Source: Cladosporium halotolerans
Taxonomy: Eukaryota
Length of the DNA: 64,000 bases
Assembly (NCBI RefSeq): GCF_011745625.1
Contig: NW_027191464.1
Location: 434,001 to 498,000 of the forward strand
Direction: 5' to 3'
A model generated the notes under the pieces. It did no database searches. It worked only from the letters and a program-made list of their open reading frames with translations, and was not told the origin of the DNA. Of this stretch, positions 60,150 to 64,000 are shown in pieces. Position 1 is the stretch's first letter. Each line of letters opens with the position of its first letter. Both the position numbers and the translations under genes were made by a program.

Positions 60150-61448
60150 ATGCCCGCAACAATCTCGCCGCTGGCAACCCTCACCCCGCCCTGCAACTCG
60201 CGCGCCTGGTCGAGCCATCCACACCCTCATCTCCCCATAGTCGCGACAGCCTGCTCCGACAAGACCGTGCGGATCTACTCCCTCACCAACTTCGCGCAGC
60301 AGTCGTCCATCGCCGGCGGCCACAAGCGCTCCATCCGCTCGTGCGCTTGGAAGCCCAACAGCGTGGGCGAGAGCGTGCTCGCGACGGGCAGTTTCGACGC
60401 GAGCGCGGGGATCTGGCGGCGATGGGAAGAGGGTGCTGGGAAGGCGGAGGCGGCGAGAGAGGTGGATTTCACGAGTGGGTTGGCGGGCGGAGACGGTGCT
60501 GCGGACGAGGAGGACGAAGAGTGGAGGTTTGCGGTGATTTTGGACGGGCACGATTCGGAGATCAAGAGTCTGGGGTTCGCGACGACGGCACCGCTGCTGG
60601 CGACATGTAGTCGTGACAAGAGCGTTTGGATCTGGGAGGAGCTGGAGGATGATAATTTTGAGACGGTCGCGGTGTTGCAGGAGCACGAGGGCGATGTCAA
60701 GTGTGTAGCATGGAGTCCTGCCGAGGAGCTGCTCGCGAGCGGGAGCTACGATGACCAGATCAGGCTCTGGCGGGAAGATGTGGATGATTGGGCGTGTTGC
60801 GCGATGCTGGAGGGTCACAAGGGGACTGTGTGGTGGGTGGAGTTTGAGAGCGCGGAGAGAGTGGGCGCGCTGGCGAAGACAGACGGTCTCAACGACGAAC
60901 AAAAGGCGCTACTCGATGTGAGAGACACGGCTGGGCCCAGACTAGCGTCATGCTCAGACGACATGACTCTGCGGATATGGAAGCGAGTGCCCAAAGAGAA
61001 ACCTTCAGAGCCTACAGGCCAGGGGAAGATGCCGAGCATCTGGAAGAACAAGGATTTTGATGAGGAGTGGGTGCAGGAAGCTATTCTTCCTCAGGTTCAC
61101 GAGCGTGCAGTCTACGCTTTTAGTTGGAGTAAAAAGACCGGCAGAATTGTTAGCACCGGCAGCGACGGCAAGATTGTTGTCTATGAAGAGCGGTGGTGTA
61201 ACAGAAGCGGCGCTGATGTGGCTATGAGAGACGTCTCACCCGCACCTGGAGCCGAGGAAAAGGTGCCTGGCAGCGGACTCACAGAATGGGTCGCAGTGGC
61301 GGTAACGGAGAACGCCCACGACGTATTCGAAGTCAACCACGCTGTCTGGGCCCCTCGTTCAGACAAAGACAAGCGCTACGACGGCGAAGAAGTCATCGTC
61401 ACAACAGGAGACGACGGCGAAGTGAAGGTTTGGACCTTGGACGAATGA
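60150..61448 (+). CDS. CIA1: Cytosolic Fe-S protein assembly WD40 protein
   Basis: GHKRSIRSCAW, LATGSFD, GHDSEIK, LATCSRDKSVWIWE, LQEHEGDVKCVAW, LASGSYDD and AHDVFEVN. Confidence 0.94.
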   Translation: MPATISPLATLTPPCNSRAWSSHPHPHLPIVATACSDKTVRIYSLTNFAQQSSIAGGHKRSIRSCAWKPNSVGESVLATGSFDASAGIWRRWEEGAGKAEAAREVDFTSGLAGGDGAADEEDEEWRFAVILDGHDSEIKSLGFATTAPLLATCSRDKSVWIWEELEDDNFETVAVLQEHEGDVKCVAWSPAEELLASGSYDDQIRLWREDVDDWACCAMLEGHKGTVWWVEFESAERVGALAKTDGLNDEQKALLDVRDTAGPRLASCSDDMTLRIWKRVPKEKPSEPTGQGKMPSIWKNKDFDEEWVQEAILPQVHERAVYAFSWSKKTGRIVSTGSDGKIVVYEERWCNRSGADVAMRDVSPAPGAEEKVPGSGLTEWVAVAVTENAHDVFEVNHAVWAPRSDKDKRYDGEEVIVTTGDDGEVKVWTLDE

Positions 61449-62385
61449 ACGTCAACGTACGATTGGAAATGATTCGGATAGAACGATACAATGCAGGAAC
61501 GCGGTATCACCAAGGGACGCATTCCGCCAGGAGCAATCACATCCCAAGAGTGTGGATGTAATCTTGTCCATATACTGTTGAGATCCTTCGTGATAATGGA
61601 AAGCCCGGAGGTTGGGATGAAGTCTGCGTTAGCATAGCCAAGCTCATAGGCGAACAAGATGCCGGCGCCGGGAAGGCTGGAGGCCCCTGTCGGCGCGGTC
61701 ATGTACGTCCTAACATCGGAGAAGCCCAATGAAACGATCGATTGCCCGCCGGGAAGAAGTGGTGTTTGGCTTCGCCAAGGTGTTAATAGCGTTGGCTATC
61801 ACATCTATCCAATGAAATGGCCATTGCTTTTTGACGAAACGGGCGTGGAGCACGCGAGATCCTGAAGCTCGTTCCCAGTCTAGCCCGCCTTCTTATGAGC
61901 AGGGCGAGACACATCGCGTGAGCCGCGCTCTGGGGCGGATGCAAGCCGAGCTGTTTTGGGACTAATAGCGCAAGGCACCATAGCCTTCCACGGCCAATGG
62001 AAAGCGCTGAGTTGCGTGTTCTCGCTTATCGCCTTAGGTAAGGCTCCATTGACAGGGTTGTTGGACGTGGCCGCGCTTGCGCCAACGGTCGGGCCGCTCA
62101 GCCCCGGGGTTGACAGGTATATAGACAACCCTTCCCTATAACGAAAAACATGCACACGGCAAAGTCCATCCTGGAGCGAACGAAAGTCTAGGCGTCGGCA
62201 CGATGACACGGGTGTGCGTCCTGGTTGTCCAGCGTCTCATGTATACAAACGGATGACCTGAGAAGACCGGGTCCACGGTGCTCGCCAGGATTCTTCTACC
62301 GTCGTACCACCCTTGTGTTTTCTGATCCCTCTGCAAGCCACTTTCGTTTTGCCCATTCCTTTGGATCGATCTTACATTGACGAGA

Positions 62386-63749
62386 ATGGCTGACGCTTAC
62401 GACGAAGAATTTTCCTCGCAGCATTCGACGATCTCTGGATATGCCTCGCAAACCTCTCTCTACGTCGTGGCCGTGATCTTCACGTTGATCGCTGGTCTCG
62501 TCGTCCTCGGACGTGTGTATGCTCGCACGTTCGTTGCGAAGCAGGCAGGTCTAGATGACATCCTAATTATGCTCTCCGGTGTCCTCTCTATCACCTTCTG
62601 TATTACTATCTACAAGCAGACGGAGTTTGGCATGGGCAAGCATGCGTGGCAATTCCCCCACAGCGACAAGGCCTACATCGTTCTCTGGTTCTGGGCGTCA
62701 ATCTGGATCTACTACCTCTGTCTGGGTCTCACGAAGCTTTCAATCCTGATTCAGTATCTGCGTATCTTCCCGCAAGTCAACTTTCGTCGAATGTGCTGGG
62801 CCATGGTTGGCATAATCATCGTTTGGACTCTGTGGGCCACTCTGAGTGCCATCTTCATGTGCACGCCAGTCAACGTCTTCTGGTCGTCCGCAGACTACTT
62901 CGATGACCCTCGCTGCATGCCCAGATCGATCATTTGGTAAGTGTGTCGAGATATACTGAACTGGGGCAAGCCACTGACTTCTACAGGTACACCAACGCCG
63001 GCATCAACATCGTCACCGACTGCGCAATCGCCCTCCTGCCAATGAAAGTCATCCAAAGCCTCCAAATGCCCCGCCGCCAGCGCAACCTCCTCTACATCCT
63101 CTTCGGCGTTGGCTTTATGTAAGTCAAATGCCCCACCACACTCAATCCACCCCCCGCTAACCCTCCCCCCTCCAACAGCACCTGCTTCATCTCCCTCCTC
63201 CGCCTCGTCTACATCTACCCCATGGCCGTCAACCCAGACATAACCTGGCACTCCCCGCTCTTCTGCATCTGGTCCGCCGTCGAGCTCAACGTCGCCATCG
63301 TCTGCTCCTCCGCCCCCGCCCTCAAGAACCTCATCAAGCGCGTCTGGCCCCAGATCCTGCAGTCCTTCTCTTCCTCTGTCAAGCGCAGCGGTGGAAGTGG
63401 CGCCAGCGACTCCGCTGCCACAGCGATCAATTCCGCCAGCACGGTCTACAGCACGAAGGGCTCGACGCTCAAGGGCTCGCATGTGGCTTCCATCGAGGCG
63501 CAGACGATGGCCGCGCCAAAGAGGGGGTTTGTCAACCGGGCGCTGAGACTTTTTGGGCGTGGTGATGGGCGCGGCAGGCTGGGGAGTGATATTGCGCTTG
63601 ATGATGATGTGACGCATCTCAGGAGGGAAAGCACGAGTCCGCCGGCGTCGCATGTCGCGAGTAAGAGTATTGAGGTGCAGACTGCTGTTAATCAGAGGGT
63701 GGATGTTGAGGAGGGAAAAGGGGGGTTTGTGCTTGGGGAGCGGTGTTGA
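62386..63749 (+). CDS. PTH11-like (fungal rhodopsin-domain) integral membrane protein, no CFEM domain
   Basis: R..AR......GLDD, G.GKH.W, KLSIL.QYLRIF, C.PV..FW, N..TD.....LP and W...E.N..I.C.S.P. Introns 62937-62986 and 63119-63178. Confidence 0.92.
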
Positions 63750-64000
63750 TGGGCTTCTCGTTTGTTCTGGTTGGTTTGCTGGGAGATGCTTCGATTCTTG
63801 GCCGTTTGGCGGTTTTCCCTTTCTACGCCGTGGTCATATTGGAGATTACGGCGATCCCAGACTGCATGTGTCGTCGATCGCGGCGGTGCAGACTTGGGTA
63901 ATTATTGTTTGGCTCGTTGGGTGGAAACAGTCCTTTCCATTTCTTTGCTGTCTGCTTTCTGTGTCTGTAAATCTAACCGTACTTCGACAACCTAACCTAC

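Overview
Eukaryotic DNA from a filamentous ascomycete (Pezizomycotina; Dothideomycete-like by inference). It is gene-dense, with short GT-AG introns and CTRAC-type branch sites, so many ORFs in the track are exons. I reconstructed about 29 protein-coding genes by hand. Housekeeping genes include UFD2, UBC9, PEX19, an ABC1 kinase, MIC12, mitochondrial bL17, SERF/4F5, DES1, HLJ1, CIA1 and AIM19-like. Transporters and secreted proteins include a carboxylesterase, a GH5 glucanase, GtaA glutaminase and an HsbA-like protein. I saw no transposon, tRNA, rRNA or CRISPR. The most notable item is absent from the ORF track: a candidate ~205-nt RNA polymerase III non-coding RNA gene at about 54318-54526. 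It has a TATA element, A box, B box, T7 terminator, a paired 5'/3' panhandle and several internal hairpins, and it does not look like a tRNA, 5S, U6, SRP or RNase P/MRP RNA. Other highlights are a Kex2-processed repeat precursor that would release about 9 mostly Gln-started peptides, a Zn2Cys6 factor fused to an apparently His-less acetyltransferase domain behind a 4.8-kb non-coding region, a bacterial-looking VOC gene with two introns, and a 73-aa Cys-rich microprotein. All family calls come from motif recognition by eye; no database searches were run.
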